Origin: an uncultured virus (IMG/VR IMGVR_UViG_3300030330_003596)
Taxonomy: Duplodnaviria > Heunggongvirae > Uroviricota > Caudoviricetes
Length of the DNA stretch: 64,000 nucleotides
Strand: one strand, 5' to 3'
IMG/VR virus record: IMGVR_UViG_3300030330_003596
Positions within the stretch are counted from its first letter, which is position 1; each line of letters opens with the position of its first letter. The position numbers were made by a program, and so were the translations under genes. Below are positions 1 through 10,472 of this stretch, piece by piece. Below the pieces are notes generated by a model that ran no database searches, was not told the DNA's origin, and saw only the letters and a program-made list of their open reading frames with translations.

Positions 1-117
1 TGTAAAGAAAAGACAGTAGCAAGACGACTACTCGGCTTTTATGTTGGCTCTACTGAACAAGTAAAATTGTGGGAATGTAGAGCCTGTAATGCCATTTGGT
101 CGGAAAAAACAAATTGA
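1..117 (+). CDS. 3' end of a small Zn-ribbon-like protein (partial)
   Basis: Open frame from base 1, CKEKTVARRLLGFYVGSTEQVKLWECRACNAIWSEKTN*, with a CxxC motif; translated by hand, not in the ORF track. Confidence 0.55.
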   Translation, partial: CKEKTVARRLLGFYVGSTEQVKLWECRACNAIWSEKTN

Positions 118-148
118 GGGGGAGCGTATGCTCCCTCTCTTTTTTTTT
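116..148 (+). terminator. Hairpin plus T-tract terminator between convergent genes
   Basis: GAGGGGGAGC-GTAT-GCTCCCTCTC followed by a poly-T run. Confidence 0.7.
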
Positions 149-222
149 GGATTTTCTTCAATGCCCTATTTTAAATTCGCTTATTATAAGTTTTGTTGGG
201 CTAAATGAGAGCATCATATCAA

Positions 223-1647
223 TCATGTAATTATACCAATTAACTGTAAAGCATCGATAAGAGCATTTAATTTAGTTTCAAGTGCAGTAACGGCTGCGGC
301 AGTAGTAGTATGGTCTGCGGCAGTAGGATTTGCAGGAGCATCGGGATTAATAGCAGAAGGAGTTAAATTACCAACAGATTGTTGAGCAGCAGGAGTAGTT
401 CCATAAAAACCGATTTGCGGCCCATCATGATTTAAATTACCTTCGATTTCTAATTCGTTTCCTACTTTTAAATTATGTCCTGCTGACATTTCTATATTAG
501 CATGACATTCAATACCTCCTGCATCTTTAAATACCAAAATAGCATTACCATCAGGGCTTCCATCTTCATCTCGAATAGATAAATCAGTTCCGCCATTTGT
601 CATCTGAATACGCCACTGTAATGAAGGACTTGAAGCCATATCGTCAAAAAACAACATAGCAGCATCATAAGAAGAATTTGCACGACCAAAGCGTAAATTA
701 GCATGAGAGCCTGTGCTTGCTACTCTCGCAATAGTAGTTGCTGCCGTTTTAACATCTAAATGGACATCAGGAGAAGTAGTTCCAATGCCTACTCTATTAT
801 TTGCAGAATCAACGTGTAAGGTACTTGTATCAACAGTTAAATCTTTACCTGCGGCAATAGTTACATCGCCAGTTAAATCTAATGTTGCTTCTCCTTGAAC
901 GGCTGAAATAGCATCAGCATCAGTATAAGCAGAAGGAATAGCCGCTAAAGCAGCCTTTGCATTAGAATGAGTATAAATTAAAGCATGGCCATTTTGTCCA
1001 GAACCTACTGTTTGGTCGCCATCAATGGTTAAAGTTCCTAATTTAATATCGCCTGTTCCATGAGGAGTTAAATTAATAGCAGCATTTGAATTAGTCGTAG
1101 CAATATCTATACTGTCGGTATCGCAGGTAATTGTTCCCATTTCAGTATATGTTCCACTTGCACTTCGGGCAATTGAAAAAGAATTTTCTGCCTTCTTAAA
1201 AGTCAAGTATTGAATATCAGGGTCAGTAGATGAACCTTTATACGTTACTACTCCAATAATAATATCGCTTGTATTATAGGAAGGAACTTTATCTACTGCA
1301 CTTGGAGAACGAAAAACGATATTATTGCTGCTATCAACAACCAAAAGATGATAACCATTAGCAGTAGTAAAACCCATCGTTAAATTAGATACCCCGCTTG
1401 CCAAATGGCCTCCAGAAGAAATAACTTTACCTTCTCTACAAATTACTCCTGCGGAAACATCTATTTGTGTATATTGATTAGTTCCAGCAGTTATATTAAA
1501 ACCACTAATAACATAATTTTGTCCTAATCCTAAAGAAAGGGCTTTAATAATTCCAGTATGCGGAAAATCTACGCCATCTTCTATTGGATTAGGTGTTCCA
1601 GTCGTGCTTTGTCCATAAAAGTTCGGATTATTTACCATATTATTCAA
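223..1647 (-). CDS. Tail fibre / distal tail protein
   Basis: 474 aa, Gly/Thr/Ser-rich; NRVGIGTTSP motif typical of marine phage fibres; C-terminal coiled coil; last gene of the tail block. Confidence 0.65.
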   Translation of the reverse strand: MNNMVNNPNFYGQSTTGTPNPIEDGVDFPHTGIIKALSLGLGQNYVISGFNITAGTNQYTQIDVSAGVICREGKVISSGGHLASGVSNLTMGFTTANGYHLLVVDSSNNIVFRSPSAVDKVPSYNTSDIIIGVVTYKGSSTDPDIQYLTFKKAENSFSIARSASGTYTEMGTITCDTDSIDIATTNSNAAINLTPHGTGDIKLGTLTIDGDQTVGSGQNGHALIYTHSNAKAALAAIPSAYTDADAISAVQGEATLDLTGDVTIAAGKDLTVDTSTLHVDSANNRVGIGTTSPDVHLDVKTAATTIARVASTGSHANLRFGRANSSYDAAMLFFDDMASSPSLQWRIQMTNGGTDLSIRDEDGSPDGNAILVFKDAGGIECHANIEMSAGHNLKVGNELEIEGNLNHDGPQIGFYGTTPAAQQSVGNLTPSAINPDAPANPTAADHTTTAAAVTALETKLNALIDALQLIGIIT

Positions 1648-1978
1648 CCTCCAACAAAATAAACAGTTCTAATGTTTCTGTTGTGGAAAACGGGCCAACT
1701 CCATCAAAATTGGTTCTATATACCATATCGCTCCCATCAAATAGGCCGACTTCACGAATTACCTTTCCTTGAATACTACTTCCTGATATAGATACTTTTA
1801 CTTCAAGAACATTTAAATCTGATTTTGTAATAATAATAGATGGAGTAACGCTTAAGGGAACATCTAAATCATTAGCCGTAGGGTTAGTGCTATTACCCCC
1901 TAAACCAATTTTAGCACTATCAAATAAATTATCTTTGATGTGAGTAGCGACTAATGTTTTTAATTTATCTGTAATCAT
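1640..1978 (-). CDS. Small tail/baseplate structural protein
   Basis: 112 aa; IREVGLFD motif resembles tail-collar/fibre N-terminal domains; position in the tail block. Confidence 0.5.
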   Translation of the reverse strand: MITDKLKTLVATHIKDNLFDSAKIGLGGNSTNPTANDLDVPLSVTPSIIITKSDLNVLEVKVSISGSSIQGKVIREVGLFDGSDMVYRTNFDGVGPFSTTETLELFILLEVE

Positions 1979-4900
1979 GCTAAATCTTCCTCCGCTAAAT
2001 CAGTAATTGTAATTGTTCCTGCACCAAAACCAAGCGGTAATCCAAAACCAAGCGGTGTAGTGAATCCTAATGCTGCCCCCGTTGAACTTCTCTTACGCAC
2101 CAACAATTTAAGTTCTTTGGTGTTGAGGGTGTCTAAGAAATTAAATGATACTTCGTTAGAAGTTAAATCCGCACTTCTTAATGCAGACTTTGTTTCTTTA
2201 CTAGCAATTAATAATTCTGAGAAAATATCGGATAAGTCCTTCGTATATCTTCCTAATTGTAATTTAATAAAACCAGTAAGTTGATGTTCCATTTCTAAAA
2301 CAATAAATTCTCCAGTTTCAATATTTTCTCTAGGAAGGGAAACAGTTACAATATCACCGACTCTCAATTGGTTGATTCCTTTATTCTGCATCGTAAAAGA
2401 CAACTTTTGATTAAATCTTGAATGTATTCTAAGTAGTTTGGTTGCTCTTTTATCTACTTCTTCTTGTGTAAGTAATGTGCCATCAACTACTTCTAATGTC
2501 TTCCTTCCCCTGCTATTGATGGAACGAATATCTTTACGGGTCGCTTTGTGTGAAGAACCATATACAATAATTTCATTAAAGAAATCAAATAAAGTAGTCT
2601 GTTTTTCAAATTCAGATATTAAATAATCTCCGCTATCGTCAATAGTAATATCGGTATAGTATTCATTTTCATCTTCTGGTGCGATTTTAAAAACATCATT
2701 TTCTTCTAAAATTTTCATATCTTTTTTATCTAAAATATAATTGATAGCAGAATATAAATCAACACCTTGATAATTTGGTGCTAAAAACATAGGAGTATCT
2801 GTTCCTGTCGTTTGGAATTGTATTTCTTCTGTTTCTAAAAGTTCATTGATTAAATCTTCTCCTTCTAATCCAATGCTAACAGTTGTTCCAATACAGGCTC
2901 TATTGGGTGAAATTTTTAATTCTTTACGGCTATTAACAGTAAATGTTTCAGAAACGGAAACGACTCCCTTTCCATTAAAACCTTCACCTAAAGCAAAACT
3001 TGAAAAATTTTCAGAATTTGAAGAGGTAACTGTTATTTTTTTATTTTCATCACCATCTGAAAAATATAGATTGTAATCTCCATTTGGAAAATTAGTCTGC
3101 ATAAAGTTTTTACTATCTCTTAAAACCAAATGATTATCAGTAGATTGTTTATCAGTATCTACCAAAACAAACATAGACAATACTCCTTCATTTTCAGTAG
3201 TATTTCCTGCTTCTTTCGTTATTCCTTCTCTTGAAGTGTAGTCCTGTTTTGGTTTATACACTTCATTACTATTCGGAATTTTAGTATAAGAAGAACTTAA
3301 AGTGTTTAATAATATTTTATCTGGGAAGAAATCATAAATGCAAGTTTCATTTGGTTGTAATATTCTATATGCTGAATTACTAGATAGAGGAGTATCTGTA
3401 ACAATTTTATGTGAATTAGCGTCTGAGGAATTAACTTCATGAGAAATAACATAGATTAGATTATTAGGAACAACATTATTCATTCTTTTTCCAATATTTA
3501 AACTGCTTGTAGTTGCTGTTGGGGTTGAAGTAGAGAATGTAATGTCTGTTCCATCAGTATGTTTTCCACTCTCTATTGCTAAATAACAACCTGTTATGTC
3601 GGTAAGTTTTAGAAATTGATTTTGAATAACAGGAACTGTGCCTGAAGCCGTTATATTATCGAGGTCAAAATCATATTCATATACTGTTCCATTAGAAGAT
3701 TTGGAACTAGTTTCATCTACATCATAGGTAAATGTTAAAGAATCGGTATTTGAATCAGTTGCAGCAGTATCTAAAACAACAGTAGTAGTATTAGTAATTG
3801 AAGAAATTTTTGTTCCAGTAGGAATACCAGTTCCCGCAACGACCATACCACTCGATAAAACAGAAGAATCCGCAACAGTCAAAGTAGTGTTTCCTTGTTT
3901 GGTGCAATTCTGTGTATAAGAAGGAATACATAATCTTGGTTTAAATACCATATAACTTCCATCTACTGCATAAGGTTTTGAAGTTGTAAAATCAGAACCT
4001 ATCAAAGCCTCGTCATCAAATCTGTTTTTAAATTCTTTAAAATGCGTATCTGATTCAATGGTAAAGTGTTTTGTAGAAAAGGGCTTCATACTCGTTCCTG
4101 TTCCATCAACGTGTTCTACTGTATTTGTGTTCTTCAAAACTCCTGTTGTAGCACCAACTTCAACTTGACTGGCCCCACCATCTTCAATAGAGAATCTATC
4201 TAAAGATACTCCTAACATACCATAATAAAGAGTATTATTCAAGTGCGGAAATAAATTAGTAAAGAAAAACAAGTCTGTTAAATCAGCAGCGTCTATTTGT
4301 GCAAAATCAGAAAATTTATCATTTACAAAAGGCAAATAAATTTCGTCATTTGCATTAGCAGGAAAAGCCACATTTCTTGCATACTCATAGAGCCAATCAT
4401 TGACATCATCTCCATATCCTGTGTCGCTGGGAACAATGGCACATTTAAGAGGGTGCAATCTGCCATTACCTACTCTTGCAAAAGTATCAACACGATTTCT
4501 TCCGTCTACGTCTATAACAGTAAATTTATATTTAACTGCATTTTGTGGGGCTGTTGCAGTAAATCCTCCACTATTTTTTCTGGTAAAATTTGCAAAGTCT
4601 GTTAATTCAAAAGCAGTTTTAGGAGACGCAGGGTTCAGTGAGTTACTACCATTACCAGCACCAGTAGTAACAGTTCCTATTAAATGACCAGAAGTGCTAT
4701 CAAAAAGAAAATCGCCATCATCTAAAGTTTGATTAGAAGTAAATGTAATAATATCGGCAGTATTTCCTGAATTCTTAGCAATTGAAGAAATAGCACCAGA
4801 ACCCGCTAAAGTTACCTTTTCCCAACCGATTATACCAGAATAAATCGTATCTTTTATTTCTCTTTTAATTGGTTTTTCTGGATTTACCCTATTAAACATA

Positions 4901-7900
4901 AAATCAAAAGTGAGTTCCGTTAATCTCATTAAGCCAAATCTCTTAAGGTTGCTAATATCAATATCTGTTGAAAAATCAACCGTTTGATAATTAGAGTCTG
5001 TGAGAGATAATCTATTTGTTGTGTTTAAAGAAGAGTCTTTTTGTTCTTTGTTTTCTATCAAAAATAAATTATATTTAGATAGATTAAACTTATTATCTAC
5101 ATTAAAAATACTATCTTTTCTTAAAGAAGAATATGGCAATATGTCTCCTATTGTATAAAGAAATAGCCTTGAGGCAGATTCATCATTATTACTATACTGC
5201 GCTTCCAGAAGGTCAGCGACTCCAGTTTTAATAAAAACGTCATCTTCATTATCATGTATTCTTCTAAAAGTACCGCTTGCTCCATAAGGGGTAGTTAAGC
5301 CTCTTAAGTCAAATGGTAGTGTTCTATATGTAGAAAGAGTTTTATTAAACTCATTCAAATTTTCACTCGCTATATTTGGCTTGAACTGATAATTTGATGT
5401 AAAGTAATTTAATTTTGACCTGTTATCATATAGTTTTGGAACAACTACATCGTTAGTGTTTGCAATACTCCTATTATCAGTTAAAAAATTACCAGTAATA
5501 AAATCCTTAGACTTATAGTAGAACTGTCCATATGAACGTGAATAGTCTCGACCTCCTGTTAATTCTTCTAAGTTTAGAGGCACTAATCCTCTATTTGTTT
5601 TATCTGTTGTCGAAATTGAATTAAAACTTTTAGGATGTGGCAGGATGTTAATTTTTCCTCCCCACATATGCTTTCCATTAATAAAAACCAAATCATTGGA
5701 CTTTTTAGTGCCTATATACAATTTTTCCCCAACTGTAAAGGCATGAACAGCCCTATCTAAACGTATTTTTTGTTCATGGATTGTTGTTCCTCCAGCATCA
5801 CTATAAGTTTCGACTACAAAACTAGTAATTTTACCAACAAATGTTTTTATTCCTGTTGTAGTGGTAGAACTAGAATTACCAACAAATATTAAATCATCTC
5901 GCTTTAAATCATAAGTGGAATAATTAGTAGATACTAAACTATCAAAAGTGTTAGAACCATGAAGAACACTCACTGCCCCAGCAGCAGTAAAAGTATTATC
6001 TTCGTTTGTAAAATGATAATCAGTTTTTCTACCTAGAGTTATTGGTATATATGGAGCAAGTTCTATTTCAGTAATATTATCTTTTTTTGCTGTCGAAACA
6101 ATTTCAAAATCAATTAAAGTATTTACTGTATCAAAAGAAGATTTTCCTGCACTACCATGCTCATCCTTTAACAATGTCTGGAAAGCAAAATCATTTGAAA
6201 TAGATGAAGGGCTATTGATAGCATACCCTACTGCTCCTTCATTTGTATTTTGGCTTGTTCCGATTAAAGAAGTATCTTCTCCGCCAAAGAATACTGCATC
6301 TGTTGTAAAATTAAAAGTAGCAGCAGAACTTATTGTAAATGTTGTATCGCTATCAATAGAAACAATTGTTGCCCCTATTGGAATAAAGGTATGTTCTTTT
6401 ACTTCCATACCAACTAATAAGTCCGAAGTATCTGCAACTGTTACTGTTGTATTTGATGATGTTGTTGTGGCACTTTTTCTAATTGATTTAATTTTATTGC
6501 CTGCCGTAAAAACAAATCCTCTATTCGCTGCTCCAGTTAATGAAGAGGGTTTATTTGTAGCCAAAGCATTTGAACCTAGTGCTTTCGTTAATACATAGTT
6601 CTTTTCTGTATCTATATACAATGCTTCAGAATTAAGTTCTGTTATCGCAGGTGTAATTATTAATCTTCTTTTTGTGCTAGAAGTGTGATTAGAGAGATTT
6701 GTAATTTCGCCAACATAACCATTTGGCCCAAATAACCTAACACCAGCAAAAACTCTTCCCTCTAAAACAGAAGTATTTGCTATAAGAACATCTAAATCAA
6801 TTTGAGTGTCTCCTAAAGCAATAGTATGTGTGTCTCCTGAATTAAGTTCTTCCAGTTTATTATATGGACTATTGCTAGAATAAATAATATCTTCACTAAA
6901 CAAAGTGTTAAGATTCACAATAGGAGAAAGTAATTTGTTAAACTTATCCCTTCCTTTAATCTCTACAATAGTTTGTCCATTTTCTTTTTTGGATTCTATG
7001 CTTTCTATTTCTCCATTGAATCTTTCAATGAATAATTGATATTGTCCTTTTGTAAAACTCAAAGGATTAGTATTATACGAATCATCACCAAAAGATAATG
7101 TAAGCATATTTTTAACTGCATCACAAGCAGTTACAGACGCAAATCTTCCTTCATGGTTTAATGAAGTAAAGGAAACATACATCTTACTAAACCTTCCATT
7201 TAGTAAGTGAGTATCGAGCATAAGTGTGCCATCATTTGCGTTATATGCTCGCCTGTGAAGCACTTCTCCGCTTGATGGGCTTACGGTCTGTGCAGTAAAA
7301 ATTCCATCATCCTCGCCTCTTGCATAGGGGTCTGAAGTGTCATTTTGAAAGGTAATCGTCTGCGTTGTTCCGAAGAGAGTTCCAAAAGAATTAACAATTA
7401 AAATTTTATCGCCTAATTTAACCTCATCACCTGTATTTAAAACCGTTCCTAAATCATATTCAGTTTCAAACGAAAATACAAATGCTGATGTTGATGAATC
7501 ATAAGTGGCCTTTAATGGGAAAAATTCATTTAAGTCACTACTATGAATATTATGACGTGCTCTATATGCAGTAAATTCTTTTATTTTTCTTGGAATAATT
7601 CTAGCATTGTCTATGATAGAAGTTTCTGAAAATCCACCCTTACCATCAATAGATTCTGTATTTATGTGGTCATAAGCATTATATAAGAAGTTTGATTTTG
7701 TTGGTGAAAAGTCATAATGTAAATATCTTGTTGGCCCAGTATATGCTGGCGAATTGATTTCATCATCTGATATTCTTCTAGCATTAACATAAGTTAAATT
7801 GTAGTTAGTTGTATCAGCCGTCGCAGAATAATTTTCATTACTTGTATAATTAGTAGATTGGGCCGCATCTAAATCTCTTAATTTATCTGTTAATTTAACT

Positions 7901-8631
7901 CTATGTGTGAATTTGCTATAATCAATAACCGTTTTTCCAAAGTCTTGAACTGTAACAAATGTTATTGAGGGGTCACTACTACTTAAAGTAAAACTGTTTG
8001 ATGTTCCTGATTCTCTCATAGCAAAATATTTAGTGTTGTGGTCTAATTCTTTTTCCTTATCTAACCCATCATAAAAATAAAATGATGGTCTAGCAACAGC
8101 AATATTTCTTGCTGGCTGGTCTTCCTGATTAGGAGTTAAAGCGGTGTCTTGAAGCAGACCTAAAGAAAGAGCAACAATATCTGTATTTTGTGTAACTTGA
8201 AATATAATGAATTTGGTATCTTTTGGTATTTCATTACCCAGTTTTGGTTCAAATTCAAAAGCATCGCCTATTAAATCCTCTGTTTTAACTTCGGTAATTT
8301 TAGCAAAGTGGTGCTGTAAAGGAGAATCCGAATATATAAGAACAAAGTAATCATTTGTTGTAAATTTTAGTGTTGTAGCATTCCAATCAGTTGGATTAAA
8401 TCTAACACCTGTCGTAGTTAAAGAATCATAACATTTGATTCTAAATCCTTTTGTATTAGCAAGATTAGAATTTTCAGTAACGGTTCCGCCAAAACCAGTA
8501 ACAGATACAGAAACTCCACCATGTTTAACAATAGCAGTATTGATTCTGTCTCCGTTGGAAAAACCACCGAAAGAAGATAGATGTGGATTTGTTGGTGCAT
8601 TAAAGTCATCCCCAGTAACTCTCAAACTCAT
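1975..8631 (-). CDS. Large tail tip / hub-central fibre protein
   Basis: 2218 aa downstream of the tape measure gene; hub-like C-terminus (LRVGDIVTV...FIVLEMEH); beta-rich. Confidence 0.65.
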   Translation of the reverse strand: MSLRVTGDDFNAPTNPHLSSFGGFSNGDRINTAIVKHGGVSVSVTGFGGTVTENSNLANTKGFRIKCYDSLTTTGVRFNPTDWNATTLKFTTNDYFVLIYSDSPLQHHFAKITEVKTEDLIGDAFEFEPKLGNEIPKDTKFIIFQVTQNTDIVALSLGLLQDTALTPNQEDQPARNIAVARPSFYFYDGLDKEKELDHNTKYFAMRESGTSNSFTLSSSDPSITFVTVQDFGKTVIDYSKFTHRVKLTDKLRDLDAAQSTNYTSNENYSATADTTNYNLTYVNARRISDDEINSPAYTGPTRYLHYDFSPTKSNFLYNAYDHINTESIDGKGGFSETSIIDNARIIPRKIKEFTAYRARHNIHSSDLNEFFPLKATYDSSTSAFVFSFETEYDLGTVLNTGDEVKLGDKILIVNSFGTLFGTTQTITFQNDTSDPYARGEDDGIFTAQTVSPSSGEVLHRRAYNANDGTLMLDTHLLNGRFSKMYVSFTSLNHEGRFASVTACDAVKNMLTLSFGDDSYNTNPLSFTKGQYQLFIERFNGEIESIESKKENGQTIVEIKGRDKFNKLLSPIVNLNTLFSEDIIYSSNSPYNKLEELNSGDTHTIALGDTQIDLDVLIANTSVLEGRVFAGVRLFGPNGYVGEITNLSNHTSSTKRRLIITPAITELNSEALYIDTEKNYVLTKALGSNALATNKPSSLTGAANRGFVFTAGNKIKSIRKSATTTSSNTTVTVADTSDLLVGMEVKEHTFIPIGATIVSIDSDTTFTISSAATFNFTTDAVFFGGEDTSLIGTSQNTNEGAVGYAINSPSSISNDFAFQTLLKDEHGSAGKSSFDTVNTLIDFEIVSTAKKDNITEIELAPYIPITLGRKTDYHFTNEDNTFTAAGAVSVLHGSNTFDSLVSTNYSTYDLKRDDLIFVGNSSSTTTTGIKTFVGKITSFVVETYSDAGGTTIHEQKIRLDRAVHAFTVGEKLYIGTKKSNDLVFINGKHMWGGKINILPHPKSFNSISTTDKTNRGLVPLNLEELTGGRDYSRSYGQFYYKSKDFITGNFLTDNRSIANTNDVVVPKLYDNRSKLNYFTSNYQFKPNIASENLNEFNKTLSTYRTLPFDLRGLTTPYGASGTFRRIHDNEDDVFIKTGVADLLEAQYSNNDESASRLFLYTIGDILPYSSLRKDSIFNVDNKFNLSKYNLFLIENKEQKDSSLNTTNRLSLTDSNYQTVDFSTDIDISNLKRFGLMRLTELTFDFMFNRVNPEKPIKREIKDTIYSGIIGWEKVTLAGSGAISSIAKNSGNTADIITFTSNQTLDDGDFLFDSTSGHLIGTVTTGAGNGSNSLNPASPKTAFELTDFANFTRKNSGGFTATAPQNAVKYKFTVIDVDGRNRVDTFARVGNGRLHPLKCAIVPSDTGYGDDVNDWLYEYARNVAFPANANDEIYLPFVNDKFSDFAQIDAADLTDLFFFTNLFPHLNNTLYYGMLGVSLDRFSIEDGGASQVEVGATTGVLKNTNTVEHVDGTGTSMKPFSTKHFTIESDTHFKEFKNRFDDEALIGSDFTTSKPYAVDGSYMVFKPRLCIPSYTQNCTKQGNTTLTVADSSVLSSGMVVAGTGIPTGTKISSITNTTTVVLDTAATDSNTDSLTFTYDVDETSSKSSNGTVYEYDFDLDNITASGTVPVIQNQFLKLTDITGCYLAIESGKHTDGTDITFSTSTPTATTSSLNIGKRMNNVVPNNLIYVISHEVNSSDANSHKIVTDTPLSSNSAYRILQPNETCIYDFFPDKILLNTLSSSYTKIPNSNEVYKPKQDYTSREGITKEAGNTTENEGVLSMFVLVDTDKQSTDNHLVLRDSKNFMQTNFPNGDYNLYFSDGDENKKITVTSSNSENFSSFALGEGFNGKGVVSVSETFTVNSRKELKISPNRACIGTTVSIGLEGEDLINELLETEEIQFQTTGTDTPMFLAPNYQGVDLYSAINYILDKKDMKILEENDVFKIAPEDENEYYTDITIDDSGDYLISEFEKQTTLFDFFNEIIVYGSSHKATRKDIRSINSRGRKTLEVVDGTLLTQEEVDKRATKLLRIHSRFNQKLSFTMQNKGINQLRVGDIVTVSLPRENIETGEFIVLEMEHQLTGFIKLQLGRYTKDLSDIFSELLIASKETKSALRSADLTSNEVSFNFLDTLNTKELKLLVRKRSSTGAALGFTTPLGFGLPLGFGAGTITITDLAEEDLA

Positions 8632-9803
8632 TCATCCACCTCCTCAAATCTTAAGTAAAGAACGGTATTGTTGAGATTAGGCATGAGATTATTAATTGCA
8701 GTAAATTCTGTTTTTCTAATGTTCATGATGCTAAGTTCGTGAAGTTCTCCCATAAATTGATTATTAGTTGTAGCCGTATCTAGCGCAGTAGTTGTGCCAG
8801 TTCCATTTGCCCCAATAAAACAATCTTCTGCCGCTAAAGTAAATGAATTCGTTTGTGTATGCGTTGCTGTTTTAACTAAACGACCGTTAAAAAAGATTTC
8901 AATAGTTTTGTTTTGATTATTCCATGCACAGGCTATATGATAAGTATTATTGATATAACTTGGTTCAAAAAATTCATCATGAATAAAAATTTCACTTCCT
9001 GAAGGAACAGAAACTGAAGGGTCTAGTTTTAAAGTGAGGCTACTTGAGTTAGCCGTGTGAACAATACCAAAAGAAGTAAAAGTCAATCCATCTCGAATAA
9101 ATACTTCTTTACCATTAAATACGTGTTGGTTGGCATTTGTTAAATTAGCGACTTTACTGCTAAAAGGACTCGTCGTAGAACCGATGCTCTTGTATTTTAT
9201 TTTACCATCAGACTCAAATCCCTTCTCTACAAAGGAATCATACTGTGTTCCTAAGTTCGGTAAAATAACCGCATCGCTTGTAAAGTGTTCCATAGCGGCT
9301 GAACCTAATTTAATACCCACCTTAATTTTATATCGAGCAGGGTTATTTTCTGTATGCAAAGTATCGTTTACTAAACTGACTTGAAAATTACTATTGTGGA
9401 ATATTCGCATTTCATGAGAAATACGATTTGCTCTTGTTAAGTATCTTTCATTTTCATGATTGTCTTTATTTCCTGCCGCAACAATATCTTGCCCAATTGC
9501 GGGCATTATTTTCTTGGTAGAAGTATTATAAGAATTACCTCCGCTAATGGAGGTCTTTGTGATATTTGCTGGTTTGTTAAAAGTTCCTGCTGTTCTGTGA
9601 ATACCATATCCATTGACATCATATGGAGTAACAACACATTCAAATGTAAAATTATCATCTAATGCCCAAAGACCATATTTAATATCGCTGGCATCAGAAT
9701 GTGTAGTAGAAATATTATCAGAATAATCTATTGTTAAAAAGCCATTACACATAACTGGAAAAACAAGCGAGCGTTGTTTTCCTGTAAAAATAGCATAAGA
9801 CAT
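8628..9803 (-). CDS. Tail protein with LamG/concanavalin-like domain
   Basis: 391 aa; YHIACAW...IEIFFNG...FIGA...FMGELHELSI LamG-type pattern. Confidence 0.65.
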   Translation of the reverse strand: MSYAIFTGKQRSLVFPVMCNGFLTIDYSDNISTTHSDASDIKYGLWALDDNFTFECVVTPYDVNGYGIHRTAGTFNKPANITKTSISGGNSYNTSTKKIMPAIGQDIVAAGNKDNHENERYLTRANRISHEMRIFHNSNFQVSLVNDTLHTENNPARYKIKVGIKLGSAAMEHFTSDAVILPNLGTQYDSFVEKGFESDGKIKYKSIGSTTSPFSSKVANLTNANQHVFNGKEVFIRDGLTFTSFGIVHTANSSSLTLKLDPSVSVPSGSEIFIHDEFFEPSYINNTYHIACAWNNQNKTIEIFFNGRLVKTATHTQTNSFTLAAEDCFIGANGTGTTTALDTATTNNQFMGELHELSIMNIRKTEFTAINNLMPNLNNTVLYLRFEEVDE

Positions 9804-9812
9804 AATGACACC

Positions 9813-10472
9813 TCAAGGTAAGATAAGGGCAACAACAAATTCTAAACTAAAACTTACATCAACACTTTCTGCACTTAATTCATAACCAAACTGTTGAATG
9901 AAACCTTTAAGCCCTCCCGAAGTTGGTGTTGGAAAAGCCAAAGAACTACTAACACCAATATTATCAAGTTCATTAGGATTGCCTCTTGCTCTAAATGATA
10001 ATGGAATATTTTCAGTTAATGTTCCATTAGTTGTTATTGAAGCGTCTGCCGCTTTTCCTCTATCGACATAATTTTCATTTACTTTAGAGGGTATTAAAAC
10101 AACTAATTCATTAATAGCCTGATATTCAGCAAGACCAGTAGAATCAACTCCAGAAGCAATTAATTGAGCAATTTCTTGTGGAGTAAAAGTTAAAGTATCA
10201 GCAGTTCCGCCTGTTTCTTTATGAGTCCGTCTTATTGTTGTTTCATTAATAAATCCCTGCAAACTAATTCTTTTACTTGACATTCCCAAATCTAAGGCTG
10301 CTGTTTGCGATTCACCTGTTGCTAAACCACTTAAAGGAATAGGAAAAGCAGGAATTTGTTTATCAACAGAAACACTAACACTTGTTACATTTAATGGAAT
10401 AGTATCAATACTAGCACTACTTCCTGAATGTTTTGCTATTTTTAAATATACTGTACTTGTCATAATTATCAC
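9813..10472 (-). CDS. Distal tail (Dit-like) protein
   Basis: 219 aa directly after the tape measure gene; DLGMSSKRISLQG tube-fold-like motif. Confidence 0.45.
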   Translation of the reverse strand: MIIMTSTVYLKIAKHSGSSASIDTIPLNVTSVSVSVDKQIPAFPIPLSGLATGESQTAALDLGMSSKRISLQGFINETTIRRTHKETGGTADTLTFTPQEIAQLIASGVDSTGLAEYQAINELVVLIPSKVNENYVDRGKAADASITTNGTLTENIPLSFRARGNPNELDNIGVSSSLAFPTPTSGGLKGFIQQFGYELSAESVDVSFSLEFVVALILP